36,403 nt of DNA from Chiloscyllium plagiosum. Its lineage: Eukaryota. The translations under genes and the position numbers were made by a program. Shown here one piece after another: positions 23,091 through 34,499 of this stretch. Under the pieces are notes generated by a model. That model was not told the DNA's origin. It made no database searches and saw only the letters and a program-made list of their open reading frames with translations. Location: positions 9,930,862 to 9,967,264 of the forward strand of contig NC_057752.1 of the NCBI RefSeq assembly GCF_004010195.1. The letters run 5' to 3'. Position 1 is the first letter of the stretch. Every line of letters begins with the position of its first letter.

Positions 23091-24559
23091 TCTTTTTCTT
23101 TTACTCCCAATATAGATAAATACTTTATCTTATTATCAATTAGGTTTATGTTGTGATTAGTGGAGGGTGAGACTAGAGGATGACAGTACATTCTTTCAAT
23201 CTGGGTCAAAGCGGTTCAGAAACTAATTACAATCCAGAAAAGGACACATCCTAGCTCTAACACACATTGTGACAAATGCATAATATACAAAATACACAGC
23301 GAGGATAAAGTAAGTGCTTATCATTTAAGACTGTGGGAAAAATTCACCTTGGGTGGTAGCACAGAATTAATTGTCCACCCCTTATAAGCAGTGCCTGATA
23401 CCCAGTTTATTTGGCCACAAAAGGGACCCGAATATCCAATACTGCACGTAATAGGCAGCTGATCTAATGTCTCATTTTATGCCATCCACCACTCGAGATA
23501 AATTTCTATTCTCCAGAATTGTCTTTTTCTTCAAGCAAATTGGTATAATCAGCAACATCTGAAAACACTAGGATTAAAATATTTGATCTTGTAAACTTCA
23601 AGAACTGAGCAAGGAGTGGCGCAATGGGTTAGTAGTACTTTCCTTTCAGATTTCTCCCCTTAACTGAAGGGATAATGATCTCTCAAGACTTTTATGCAAG
23701 ATGATTTTGAAGAAACATCAACTACTTTGCTCATAGCCACTGGCTCACAGTTCAGGTGTTAGTGACAGCTGGTTTAAAAGAAATGGTTATAAATGATTCA
23801 GTACTGAGTGCTTGAGAGATTAAGACAATATTAACTATATGTGGCCTGATTGTATTTGGAGGAGACCCTCGGGCCTAGAAATGAGTCCGGGTTGTTTGCA
23901 ATCAGAGCGTAGCTGAAATGAGAGGTCAGAGGATGGAAAGAAATCAGTGTTTGGGTTTCATCAATACATTTAAGAATGGCCAACAGTCATCACAGGCAAC
24001 TTGTCGAAGCAAAGACATAAATGGTGAGCCACTTGCTTCATCTACATGTTCTGGGAGAGATGATCAGTGATTTTTTTTCGATGCAAGGTGAAGAAATAGA
24101 GTTTCCTCTCTTGGTTTTATTTGAATTCATAGTTATATAAAAAAAAACCATAGGGGAAAAAAAAATCTTGCCTGCTGCTGGCAACCATCGAAGAATTGCA
24201 ATACCTGCCCTCACTACCAACAGGTTTACTAATGGAGGCCATCAACAGGATTCAACTCAAATGATAAATTAAGGGGTGTAATGCTAGATTTTAGGCATGA
24301 TCCTGTGTATATTGCGTTCCAATTTCAACTCAAAGAGCCAAAAATTGGAAAAAATACTATTGCCTGACCTACGTGACTGAACTTAATTAACACAAAAAAG
24401 TTAAACTGCAACAATATCCATTAGCACAGTCCCAGAAAATCAATGTAAAGGGAAAGACCCACAGCTACACAAAGGCATTGAAACATCCAAGCTATATATA
24501 ACTTAATGTCATAAATGTACTTTCCAAATGATTAAATATGAAATCCTGCAATCACTCAC

Positions 24560-24650
24560 ATCATGTTTACTTTTTTGCGTTTCAAACATTTCATTCAGCT
24601 GCATAATTTCTTGTTCCAATGTTGAAATCTGTGCATCTTTTTCCCTCAGC
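24560..24650 (-). CDS. Coding exon C1 (91 nt, phase 2-0): (R)LREKDAQISTLEQEIMQLNEMFETQKSKHD
   Basis: Acceptor ctcttttccttAG and donor GAT|gtgagt; heptad-like pattern; phases join B1 upstream and A2 downstream. Confidence 0.85.
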
Positions 24651-25129
24651 CTAAGGAAAAGAGAATAGTTTATCACAGTGCAGGAATCAAATTTATATTT
24701 TGTATTTTAGTATGCTAAGGGGAAAGACATGGTTTTAAATTAGACTTGGCTTTGCGGGCTGTGATATGAGGGAATCTGGACAGCGATTTGTATGCATTTT
24801 ATTTTTTAAAACATGCGATTTTACAACCTTTGCAATGAAGAAATAGGGGTTACAAGTTTAATTGCCATTTAAAATAAAAAAAAATTAATGACTGCTGATG
24901 CCTAGTGATAGAGATCCAGGGACAGAGAAAATCTAGGAGAGAGTGGACATTACAAGGAAAGAGTGCTGAAAGTTAGGGAACTCTGCCCTTAAAGTAAGAG
25001 TTTAGCTTGCAGTTTGTTTCTGGTGTCTCAGAGAGATACCAGCTGAAGGAAAAGGCATTTAATGAAATGTGCAAAAATTTGCCAGAAAGAAAACAGATAT
25101 GGATATGCCAGCCTGCGCTAGAAACCTTT

Positions 25130-25692
25130 CATAGAATCTCTATGGTGTGGACCCTCCAAACAGTAACCCACCTAGACCAATTCCCCTACCCTATTATCCT
25201 ATATTTACCCCTGACCAGTGCACCTTTGGGCAATTTAGTTTGGCCAATTCATCTAACCTGCACATCTTTGGATTGTGGGAAGAAATGGTGGCTTAAATGG
25301 TTAGCACTGCTGCCTCACAGTGCCAGGGACCCGGGTTGAATTCCCGCATCAGACAACTGTCTGTGTGGAGTTTGCACATTTTCCCAGTGTCTGTGTGGGT
25401 TTCCTCCCACAGTCCAAATATGTGCAGGTCAGATAAATTGGCCATGCTACATTGCCCGTAGTGTTAGGTGTAGGGGAATGGGTCTGGGGTGGGTTACTCT
25501 TCAGAAGGTTGGTGTGGACTTGTTGGGCCGAAGGGCCTGTTTCCACACCGTAGGGAGTCTAACCTAATCTAAACCCACACAGACACTGGAAGAATGTGCG
25601 AACTCCACACAGACAGACAGTCGCCAGAGACTGGAATCGAATCCAGGTCTCTGGTGCTGAGAGGCAGCAGTGGTAACCACTGAATCACCAAG
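25130..25692. mobile_element. Nested HE1 SINEs: plus-strand copy (about 25286-25570) inserted in a minus-strand copy
   Basis: Minus copy breaks at gattgtgggaagaaa and resumes at aaacccacacagacac; inner copy has A/B boxes and a ctaacctaatct tail. Confidence 0.9.
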
Positions 25693-26084
25693 CAGTGTTT
25701 GGTGTGGAAGCAGTGGTAAATATTCACTGGATGTTTGGTGTTTGGAAGGATATTCCTGTGATAAAATTATTGTTGAGTGAATTTCAGAAATTTAATGAAA
25801 TCTTTCCAACTTTTTTGTCTAATGTAATATACTTCACGTTTTTCTTTTTTAATAGAAATTTTTATTTTGTTAAATGTACACTGGCAGACTCCTGTAAAAT
25901 GTGTTTATAAATTGAAACCCACATTTAAAACAAAGTTAAAGTCTATCATGCCAGGTTGCAGAGTGGTCCGACTTGTCCAGTATTGACATCAGTTGGAATT
26001 GATAACCTTTCAAATTTGAATGCAATTTATCATACAAAACCAAAACATGATTGTCTTATCTCAGACTCTAATAACTCAATAATA

Positions 26085-26235
26085 TAAAAAAAAGAACTGC
26101 AGATACTGGAGATCCAAAACAAAATCTGTGTTCTGATGAAGAGTCACTGCACTCAAAACATTAACTCTGCTTTCTCCCCACAAATGCTGACAGACCTGTG
26201 GAGATTTGCCAACAATTGGTGCTTTTGTTTCTCAG
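26085..26235 (+). mobile_element. Degenerate PLE-derived mini-element with decayed hammerhead core
   Basis: CTGATGA-A-GAGT-cactgc-ACTC-AAAAC at 26133-26159; gatgctg..agacctg-type downstream sequence. Confidence 0.6.
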
Positions 26236-27504
26236 TAACGCAGTCCCTGGAACTCTGCACCTTCATCTCTTTTTTTCCTTTCTGCTACAATCTGTAGGTT
26301 TTTAAACACAAGCTTGGCATCACTCAATTACTTCTAGTTAATGTGTTTTATGCTCAGTCTGCTAAGGAAAAATTTATGCAGCTCTGTCCAAGTGCGGATG
26401 AGATTAAAACACATCTGCTACAATTAGAAAACTGTTTTTGCATGGCTTTGTAACGTCACTTCATTTAGTAATTGGCAAATGATCTCTATTATATTGCCAT
26501 GTGCAAGGAACATAGTAGATGCATTAGCAGGATATCAGGTTGTTCAGTAGCTGATAACAGACTGCTCCTTACAATAAACTGTTGAAAAGTGAAAATTCTA
26601 GAGGTCTGCTACTGTTCTCTGAAGGTGGAAAATAAATGAGAGAAAAGAACAGGCTGAATCAAAGTATGCTGCTCTGGGAGGTCTCCCAAAAGCTGCTGCA
26701 AAGAAGGGTTGTCCTTCAAGTTATTGGGATATCCTCCAATCAGTAGTTAGAAATGCCTGGTGAAACTGGACAAGTAGTGGCAGTAGATGCAAAAAAAAAA
26801 CCCCAAATTATGGGACTTCCACCCCTCACTGGGAAGGAGTCTGAAACTCTGGAGTTGCTGATTGGCTGACAGTTACAAAAGCCCAACAGCAGAGTTCTGT
26901 TGTGGGTACTGCAAGAGATGCAGGCAGGCCCCTGCCAGAGGTCCCATGGATTCCAGATTCAGATAAGTCTAAGGGCTTTGGGTTTTTTGGGAAACTCAGG
27001 GGAGGGACATGGGTTTTGAAGAAAATGAGGATGGAAATGATGGTGCTGTCAGGGGAAGGAAAAAAGGTAGGGGGTGCTTTTGAAAAAAAAAATGAAAGCG
27101 AATACCACTCCTGCTCAACTGTATTATGGCACCTGGCAGTATAATACTAAATTCAGTTGAGTTTTTATGAAGCTTAAGCTCAATTGACCCTTTTTTATTT
27201 CCATATGGTGGGGGGGGGTGGGTGCCAAGTGATAAGGTGATGGGCTAGCTACCCTCCCTATATAACATTCTCTCCCCCACCCAACCCAAAACACACACAG
27301 CAGAGGCACTTATTATACAGCCCATGGGCTTCTGACTAATGTCAAGAATAATTCACCACTACTTTAATGTTTGAATCATAACATTCACGTGTATACCTAT
27401 ATTGTTGCAGGGCACACTTAGCTGTGACAGAAACATGCTTCTCAAAGTCAAACAAAGTTATTACCATCATTGTCGAAAAGTTTTCTTCACAATTTAAATC
27501 GATA

Positions 27505-27840
27505 GGACGTGAGCATCACCAGCAAGACCAGCATTTATTGCTCATGGGTAATTAACCTCAAGAACGTGGGGGTGACCTGCCTTGTTGAATGACTGCAGTT
27601 ATGTGGTGTACACACTCCCACAGTGCTCTTCGTTAGGGAGTTCTAGGACTTTGACAGTGAAGGAACACAATGCATTTCCAAGTCAGAGTGATGCACAACT
27701 TGGAGGGGAACCTGAAAATGGTGGCTTTCCCATGGTACTCTTGCCACTCTTGTCCTTTTGGGTAGTAAAAGTCACAGGTTTGGATGTGCTTTCAGAGACT
27801 CCTTGACGAGTAGCTGAAGTACTTTACAGATGGTACATAC
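27505..27840 (-). mobile_element. Old CR1/L2-group LINE 3' fragment
   Basis: Diverged match to 16820-17160 (ccagcatttattgc, tttccaagtcag, ttggaggggaac). Confidence 0.7.
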
Positions 27841-27927
27841 TTCAGTTCATGAATTCACACAAAATTGGCATATGGATTTATCACTTCAGTGAGACAGTTT
27901 CTGGTCTTTCAACATATGTATTTAACT

Positions 27928-27972
27928 GACACACACACAAACAGACAGACAGACAGACAGACACACACACAC
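27928..27972. repeat. (CA)n/(CAGA)n microsatellite
   Basis: Direct inspection. Confidence 0.9.
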
Positions 27973-28181
27973 TCATCAGTGACTCTCACCTATTGGTTCG
28001 TTGTGAGGATGAGTGCTCAATCGAGGCCATAGGAGGAGTGAAAAAGCAGCAAGGTCAGAAACCATCCCAAATTAAAAAAGGTAGAATTAGCTTTGAAGAG
28101 TAAGAAGGAAAACAAAAACACAGTTGCTTATTCATTGATGCACTACATTCATCTCCTGATCTGTTGTAAACCTTTCCTTAC

Positions 28182-28219
28182 CTGCTTTCCAGCTGCTCAG
28201 TCACTTCTAATTTGGTAAG
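28182..28219 (-). CDS. Coding exon B1 (38 nt, phase 0-2): LTKLEVTEQLES(R)
   Basis: Acceptor cctttatAG and donor CAG|gtaagg; only phase 0 is open; 28/38 nt identical to exon 7623-7660. Confidence 0.85.
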
Positions 28220-29428
28220 CTATAAAGGATGGAAGAAAAGAAGTGTTCACGGACAACAATAGCTTTAAGATCTTGCCATGCCCAATGGAACATCGAGGCA
28301 GATACAAAGCAGTTGCCCAAGTTAAAGTAGCCACACAAAAAAAAGGAGCTAGAAGTCTTGAAATAACAGCATTGCTGAGCATGTGCTGCTAAATGACCTT
28401 AAAAATAAACAAACCAAATACCTACATCTTCCCAAAAAAAAATTAAACAAATTCAGCTATTTAAATTTCATTCTCATCTAGGAATTAGAAACTGCTGCAA
28501 ACATTCAGCTGGGTTAGTTCCCACAGACTAGTCAAATGGTTGGAAAAATGATGGCAACATGCATTACGATTACCATGGACTGATCAAGTTGGTACAAAGT
28601 AACATGGGTTGAGTGGACAACTTTAGCACAGGGCCCTACATTTTAATTAAAATCACATCGTATGTCAAACATGGAAAAACTATTTTTGAAATTAATGTTT
28701 TTTTCTTATAATACTTCATTGCTTCATTTTGAGTTGTGATTTTGCTTGATCACCCAAAAGACCTTTATTCAAGCACTCAGGTGGAGAATCAAAGCTCGTC
28801 TGAATTCTAGGTGAAATACGGAAGAGGAGAGTTCCAAGGTCCACAGCCAACCACAGGTCTCCTGTAATCCGATCAATCTTCATATTTCTGACTCATTGCC
28901 CTATTCCTCAATACGTGTGCTATTAGCTTGGAGGAAGGAAAGTTACTGCATCAAAGTTGCAGAACACTATATTTTCAGTAACTCAAATGGGGGGAAAAAA
29001 AAACACAGATCAGCCAATAACTGCATGATAGAGGAGCTGGATGGCCTAATTCAATTTCCTTTTTACCTGTACATCAGTAACAGTTATGCCATATCTAAAT
29101 GATTTGCATTTCAACTTTGTTTCCCTCTTCAGATTTTACTGTACCCTGCCTCATTCTTGGATCAACAGGACCAGAAGGTGATCCACTCAGTTCTTTCCAA
29201 AACCATTCTTGAAACCCAAGGGGTGATTGATCTACCTCAACTGACTTTATCTGTATTTTTATTTGGTGTTTCATTCTTGTTCAACAATCCAGATTGTACA
29301 AGAGAGATTAGAAACTGGTGGGCTTTGCAGATTAGAATAGTTATTAAATTGTTCTTTTGCCAGGAAGAAAAAAAGATAGCCCAAACTCCGATTGACAGTT
29401 TAAAACAAAACAGTATTTACTAATTTAC

Positions 29429-29473
29429 CTTCAGGAATTTTGCCTTTGTTTTGAGATGTTTCTTTTCCTTTTC
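29429..29473 (-). CDS. Coding exon A1 (45 nt, phase 0-0) of an unidentified coiled-coil gene: EKEKKHLKTKAKFLK
   Basis: Acceptor ctctatttAG and donor AAG|gtaaat; open frame; paralogous to exon 18672-18722 (11/15 aa identical). Confidence 0.8.
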
Positions 29474-30063
29474 CTAAATAGAGACCAAAAATAGAGGAAT
29501 CAGAATTACTAATCAATAACACCACTGGATTTATGGTATTTCCTTACAAAATACATATGTATTTTCATACTTAGTTTCATTGGTATTCAAGTTGGGACTT
29601 AATGCTAGGGTCTGCCTAAAGGTGTTGACTTGAACGATTTCAGTTTGGTCACCACGCCCACTATTGCCAAATAGACCAAATACCTCTCAAGTTATGTACA
29701 CTTTGACTAACATTCCCAACCATTCCACCCGCACACACATCTTTGTAAATGGTGACAAGTGCAGTCAGTCAGTAGTGTGTTTTTAAATTTATATCAATGC
29801 CTCCAGTATTAGATTCATCTTCTCTTTCATGGACAACAATTTGAAAGCTTATTGAAGATAAGTATTTTTTGACCTTGGTTTATTATTTACAGCTGTGCTG
29901 TTGGGACATTGGTTGGGGGTGGGGAAATTTTTTGACCACCGATATATTTATGCCAATTCAGATTCAAGGGGAGGGGTTTACCCAGCCTCAATAAAAGATT
30001 CCATATATAAAAGTATGCTGCTGGGATAGGGATTTGAAAATGCGTGTAGGTGGGAGAGATTGT

Positions 30064-30448
30064 GGATGTAAGTTTGCTTGCTGAGCTGGAAGGTTCATTG
30101 TCAGACATTTCGTTACCATACTGGGTATCATCATCAGTGAGCCTCCGGAAGAAGCACTGGTGGTATGGCCCACCTTCTATTTATGTGTTTAGGTTTCCTT
30201 GGGTTGGTGATGTCATTTCCTGTGATGGAAATGAACACAGGAAATGACATCAACACAGGAAATGACATAGACAACCCAAGGAAACCTAAACACAAACAGA
30301 AAGCAGGCCATACCACCAGTGCTTCATCCGGAGGCTCACTGATGAGGTTGTCTACTATGGTGATGAAATGTCTGAAAGTGAACCTTCAAGCTCAGTGAGC
30401 AAACCTACATCCAGAACCTCAACAGAGCTACAAATCTTCTCAAAACTT
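30064..30448. mobile_element. Palindromic PLE-derived element (two inverted pLTR arms) with 14-bp TSD and hammerhead cores
   Basis: TSD gtgggagagattgt at 30050-30063 and 30449-30462; 30064-30224 is the reverse complement of about 30253-30412; CTGATGA...GAAATGTC on both arms. Confidence 0.85.
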
Positions 30449-30905
30449 GTGGGAGAGATTGTTAGAGCATCAACATATATTTTTCTTCTTTTTGCAGTCT
30501 TCCCTCCTTCCCCCACCAAGGAAAGGAGGTTTAAGCTAAAAAGAAAGAAAAGTAACCATTCTTGCTGACAGGAGTACTAGTTGGTACAGCACAATCCACG
30601 TGTCACAGAGACCCTTTTTCAATCTGGGTTCTGATATAATGCAATTAAGAGCAACAAAGGATTGAAACTCTTGCTCGCCTTTCCTTCTCTGCCTTACTTT
30701 TCCACCTCTTAAACATCCACTACACCACACAGTGGGGCAATCTCACAGCAGGGGGGGGGGGGGTGGTGTGGGTCACTTTGTTTTTTTTTCTCCTTTTGGC
30801 TTAAACATGGCTGTCTATAAAAAGGATCAGCCATTGAGAACAAAACAAATACAAAAAAAAGGGGAAAGAGACTATCCCACAGCATATATACTGTATTGGT
30901 GGTAC

Positions 30906-31061
30906 CTTGCTGAGTCCATCATTACACAATAATTCTGATCTTCAATAAATACTATTTTCTTTCCTTTCTGTATTGAGACCTCAGACAAGTGAACCTCCAG
31001 AACTCTCAGCTTCAAGGAGCAAAACCCTTGATGCAGTTTAAACCTTTTCTTGTTACTTTTT
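30906..31061 (-). CDS. Candidate upstream exon (156 nt, phase 2-2): KSNKKRFKLHQGF...VMMDSA
   Basis: Acceptor ctaattgcttctgctttAG and donor AAG|gtacca; open only in phase 2; no clear phase 2-0 bridging exon to A1. Confidence 0.25.
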
Positions 31062-32297
31062 CTAAAGCAGAAGCAATTAGACTTCAAGACTCTCAGTAAA
31101 TCTCAAAGTAAAGCCAAATGGAACAACAGCAGCAACCACCTCAGGTGTCATTAACATCTCAAATGATACAAATGGTTTATTGCTCATCTGGAAATACAAG
31201 GAGACAAATTACATACCATCGCTTCATAACGTTTCTCATATTCAAGGAGCAAATCCCTAATTTCTTCACTGAGGAGAGATCTACAAGACAGAGATTTATA
31301 AAAGGTAATTATATCCAAACATCAAGCATTTTTTGAGTTTGCCAATAAAGACAGGATGACAGCTGACAAGTTGAACATGGCAATTAGGAGGTCTCAAAGT
31401 TGAAGAGTGTTTAGCACGGGGTTCTCAGCCAAGGTTGCACGTTTTTGAGTCCCAAGACTTTTCCCCGCGTTCATATTTATTTTCTTAGCTGTTTTCCTGG
31501 ACAGTCAAGAAACAGCATACATAGTTTTTAAGTACTAGATCCTCTTCTTTGGAGGAAAGACCAGGCAGACCAAGAGTTTCACCTGCTCCTCTCCGTCTAC
31601 CTCAATTTGACCCATTTCCTTGCAGCATCAGAAGATTATGGACAAGAAGGTTTAAAAAAAAAAAAATGGGTAAAAGCATTGAGGAGGACAAGGTACCATT
31701 TGCATGTAGCAGCAAGTAGTGATCCTGATGAGAGCACAGAGGGAAACTTGCAGTTTGAGAAAGCAGGATGTCACAGAGATGCAAATCCTAGAATCTGCCT
31801 CCATTTCTCATGATTTCGAGTAGGATCACAAAAGAGAATTGCTCCAACGTGCTTCCTCTCCAGGAGAAGGAAGGAAGCAGCTGATTATGTCCAACTATTC
31901 CAAGTCAATCACAATGACAACAGAACCCTCATGAGCGCATAACAGATCCACCTGGCGTTATTGAAATGCAAGTGCACATATTTAGATCGAAGCAAGAGGA
32001 ACCAGAAAGGGTTGTGACAGTGATAAAACCCCTACCTCTAGGCCAGAAGGTCCTAGTTTATGTCCCACGACCGGAGGCTGTATCATAACATAGCTGAACA
32101 GATTAATAAAAAAACGTCTTTCACATCAGAAGAGAAAACATTAATCAATGAAGACGCCACTACAACAAAGAAGACCACATTTTTTTTTTTTACAATGAAG
32201 GGCCCTGAAGTGGGTTACATTACCACTATGCATTTTTAAAAAAGAAAACTAAAGCAGGTACCTGTATCAAATTGTAAGGAAGAGAGGAAATACTCAC

Positions 32298-32328
32298 TGA
32301 TTAACTGCCTGTAAACTTTCAGCACCAT
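32298..32328 (-). CDS. Candidate upstream exon (31 nt)
   Basis: Acceptor cttcattctgtaattatAG and donor TCA|gtgagt; phase 1-2 reading xGAESLQAVNx; splice signals only. Confidence 0.4.
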
Positions 32329-32769
32329 CTATAATTACAGAATGAAGATAAACAATAGTCAATAAAAGTTAATCCAAGTAGTTTTGATTATTTCTTAGAA
32401 AAGGTGCTGGATCCCTAATGTTCTGCCATTCCATGGTAGTGGAATTTCTCCATTATTTTTCTTTGCCCATCTTTCCTCATGGTTACTGTATGGAAACAAA
32501 TCAAAACTTTTTAAATTCTCAGGAAGAGACACTGGCCAATATTTATTGCCGTAAACTATATGAATACGGATTTATTTAATATAACTGAGCAGCTTGTTTG
32601 GTCACAATTAGGCAAAACTAGTTAAGGGAGGAGCTTTCCCTCCCTAAAAAGGACCGTATTCTCTCTCCCCTGACAATTTGCCACCTTGACATTCATTTTT
32701 GAAACCAACTTTGTTTTCCTTCAAATTTTTGACACAGAATTCAAATTCTCAAACTGCAATGCCGCTGCA

Positions 32770-33400
32770 AGCAGTGTAAAACCCACACTTTCCCCCTCAC
32801 CTCCATCCAAGGCCCCAAAGGATCCTTCCGGGATTGCATTTTGATTTATTCCATAAATCTTTTAAGAATGCCCTTCTAATTGACCACCACTTCAGACCCA
32901 CTATAACCTTGTCCTCATCCAAAACTCTGTTACCGGAATAATATCTTATACCAGTAGCCTTACAATGGTCACTGTTCTGGTTCCTAGCCTGGCAGAAAAT
33001 GTTGAAAATTCCTACCCTTGTTGCCTTCTCCCACCTGTCCCTCCTTATCTCAGTAAACCCCTTCATTCCTACTTTCCCATATTTTTGCCCACTTCCAATT
33101 CCAGTCTCTTCCAGAGCCTTGATTTTTATTGTTAACCATTCACAGATGTGCATGTACCTCGATCTTAGCCCCAGGTCTCTTAACACATGTGCACTTTCCA
33201 TTCTTTTACTTTTTAAAAAAAATACTGTGCACATCAGTTTCTCCCACTAAAGTCGATAACCTCACAGTTTTCCACATTATATTGCATCTGCAATGATCTT
33301 GCCCAATCATTAAGCCTGCCCAAATCCTCCTGAAAATGATTTCCACTTTCCTCACAGAAGACGTTCCAGCTTAGGTCTGTATCATCTACTAATATGGCGA
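32770..33400 (-). mobile_element. Old CR1 fragments (endonuclease- and RT-derived)
   Basis: Remnants such as WANDWADWQMQYNVENCEV-like sequence at 33250-33320 and SDH at 32965. Confidence 0.55.
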
Positions 33401-34499
33401 CAGTACGGTGCCTTTAAGAGAGATTTGGTCTGTGCGGGTTCTCTTAGTTTGGGAAACTTGGTTGATATGGATGAGTTGGACTGAAGGGTCTGTTTCACAT
33501 CAATGTGGGATTACTGATAGCCCATCAGTGCTTCATCCAGAGCCAAAGGCTAACAAGTTTTGGAATGGATGCTGCAGCCTGGTCCTATCAGATAAGCAGC
33601 TGTCCCTGCATGCAAAGTATCATTACTGCAGTCATTCAACACCAGTTGCCAGTGCATCCTGCAATGTATGGACATCCTAAGTAGCCTGCAAGTGGATGAG
33701 AGTGGTGTCATGATGGTTGAAGGATTGGTAAATGTCAGATACTAATGTCAATGGATGAGGGGGTGCTGCTTGCAGATGGTGCAGATGGATCATGTCCCAG
33801 GATGCTAAGTAACACGGAGGCTAGTCAAAGCTCGTGACAAGCCAAAAGGTGCCAGGTACCTGTTATCAAGAACAAAATCGGTTACAGTTTGAGGAGAAAC
33901 TTGAAAAGTTATGCATTTTATCTTTGGAGCTAAGAACCTCTTCAAGATTATGGTGGGTCACACAAGGTAGCTAGTGATCAATTATTTCCCCTGGTCAGTG
34001 AGATTGTAACGAGAGGTTATAAATTTAAGATAATCACAGAAATTACAAAGGAGGTTAGGAAATACTGCTCCAGAAGGTGATTAGAAAGTGAAATTCTCTG
34101 CCACCAACTATTGCTGAAGTAGATGTCAAATTGAATTTAAATGAGAATTAGGTCATTGCTCACAAAAAGAGAAGAGGAATAAAGAGCAAAAAAAGAGGCA
34201 TGGGTTAAAACGAGGTGGTGATGTGGTATAAAATAGCAGTGCAGACTTAAAGTGCAAAATTACCCACTTCAGATGCATCGTTACAAAATGCCATTGTTCT
34301 TTACCCAACCTCTGCATTAAATACTTAAACATGCAGCTGTTTGAAAATTATTTGAGGACTTTTCTGCCTTGCCAGGGAGACACAACAGGAAATTTCATAC
34401 CTCCAGCATGCGATTTCATTTCCAGGAGAACAAAATTAACATCTCAGATTTTGGCTGCAACATAGTGTTAAAATCGTCTCTTGAAATAGCATAGTGGGC

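Noticed and set aside
6650..29473. Naming the gene (vague recollected resemblance to CCDC192 or golgin-type coiled coils)
   Set aside because: Similarity is limited to generic coiled-coil words; cannot be supported without a search
30225..30270. Short direct repeats as a CRISPR-like array
   Set aside because: No unique spacers; internal minisatellite of a eukaryotic repeat
29982..30535. Apparent open exon that would be restored by removing the 30064-30448 insert
   Set aside because: About 51 open codons can arise by chance; the peptide is not protein-like and its phase does not fit exon A1
31720..31752. CTGATGA...GAAAC hammerhead-like core
   Set aside because: The intervening GAGCACAGAGG cannot form stem II, and there is no PLE context
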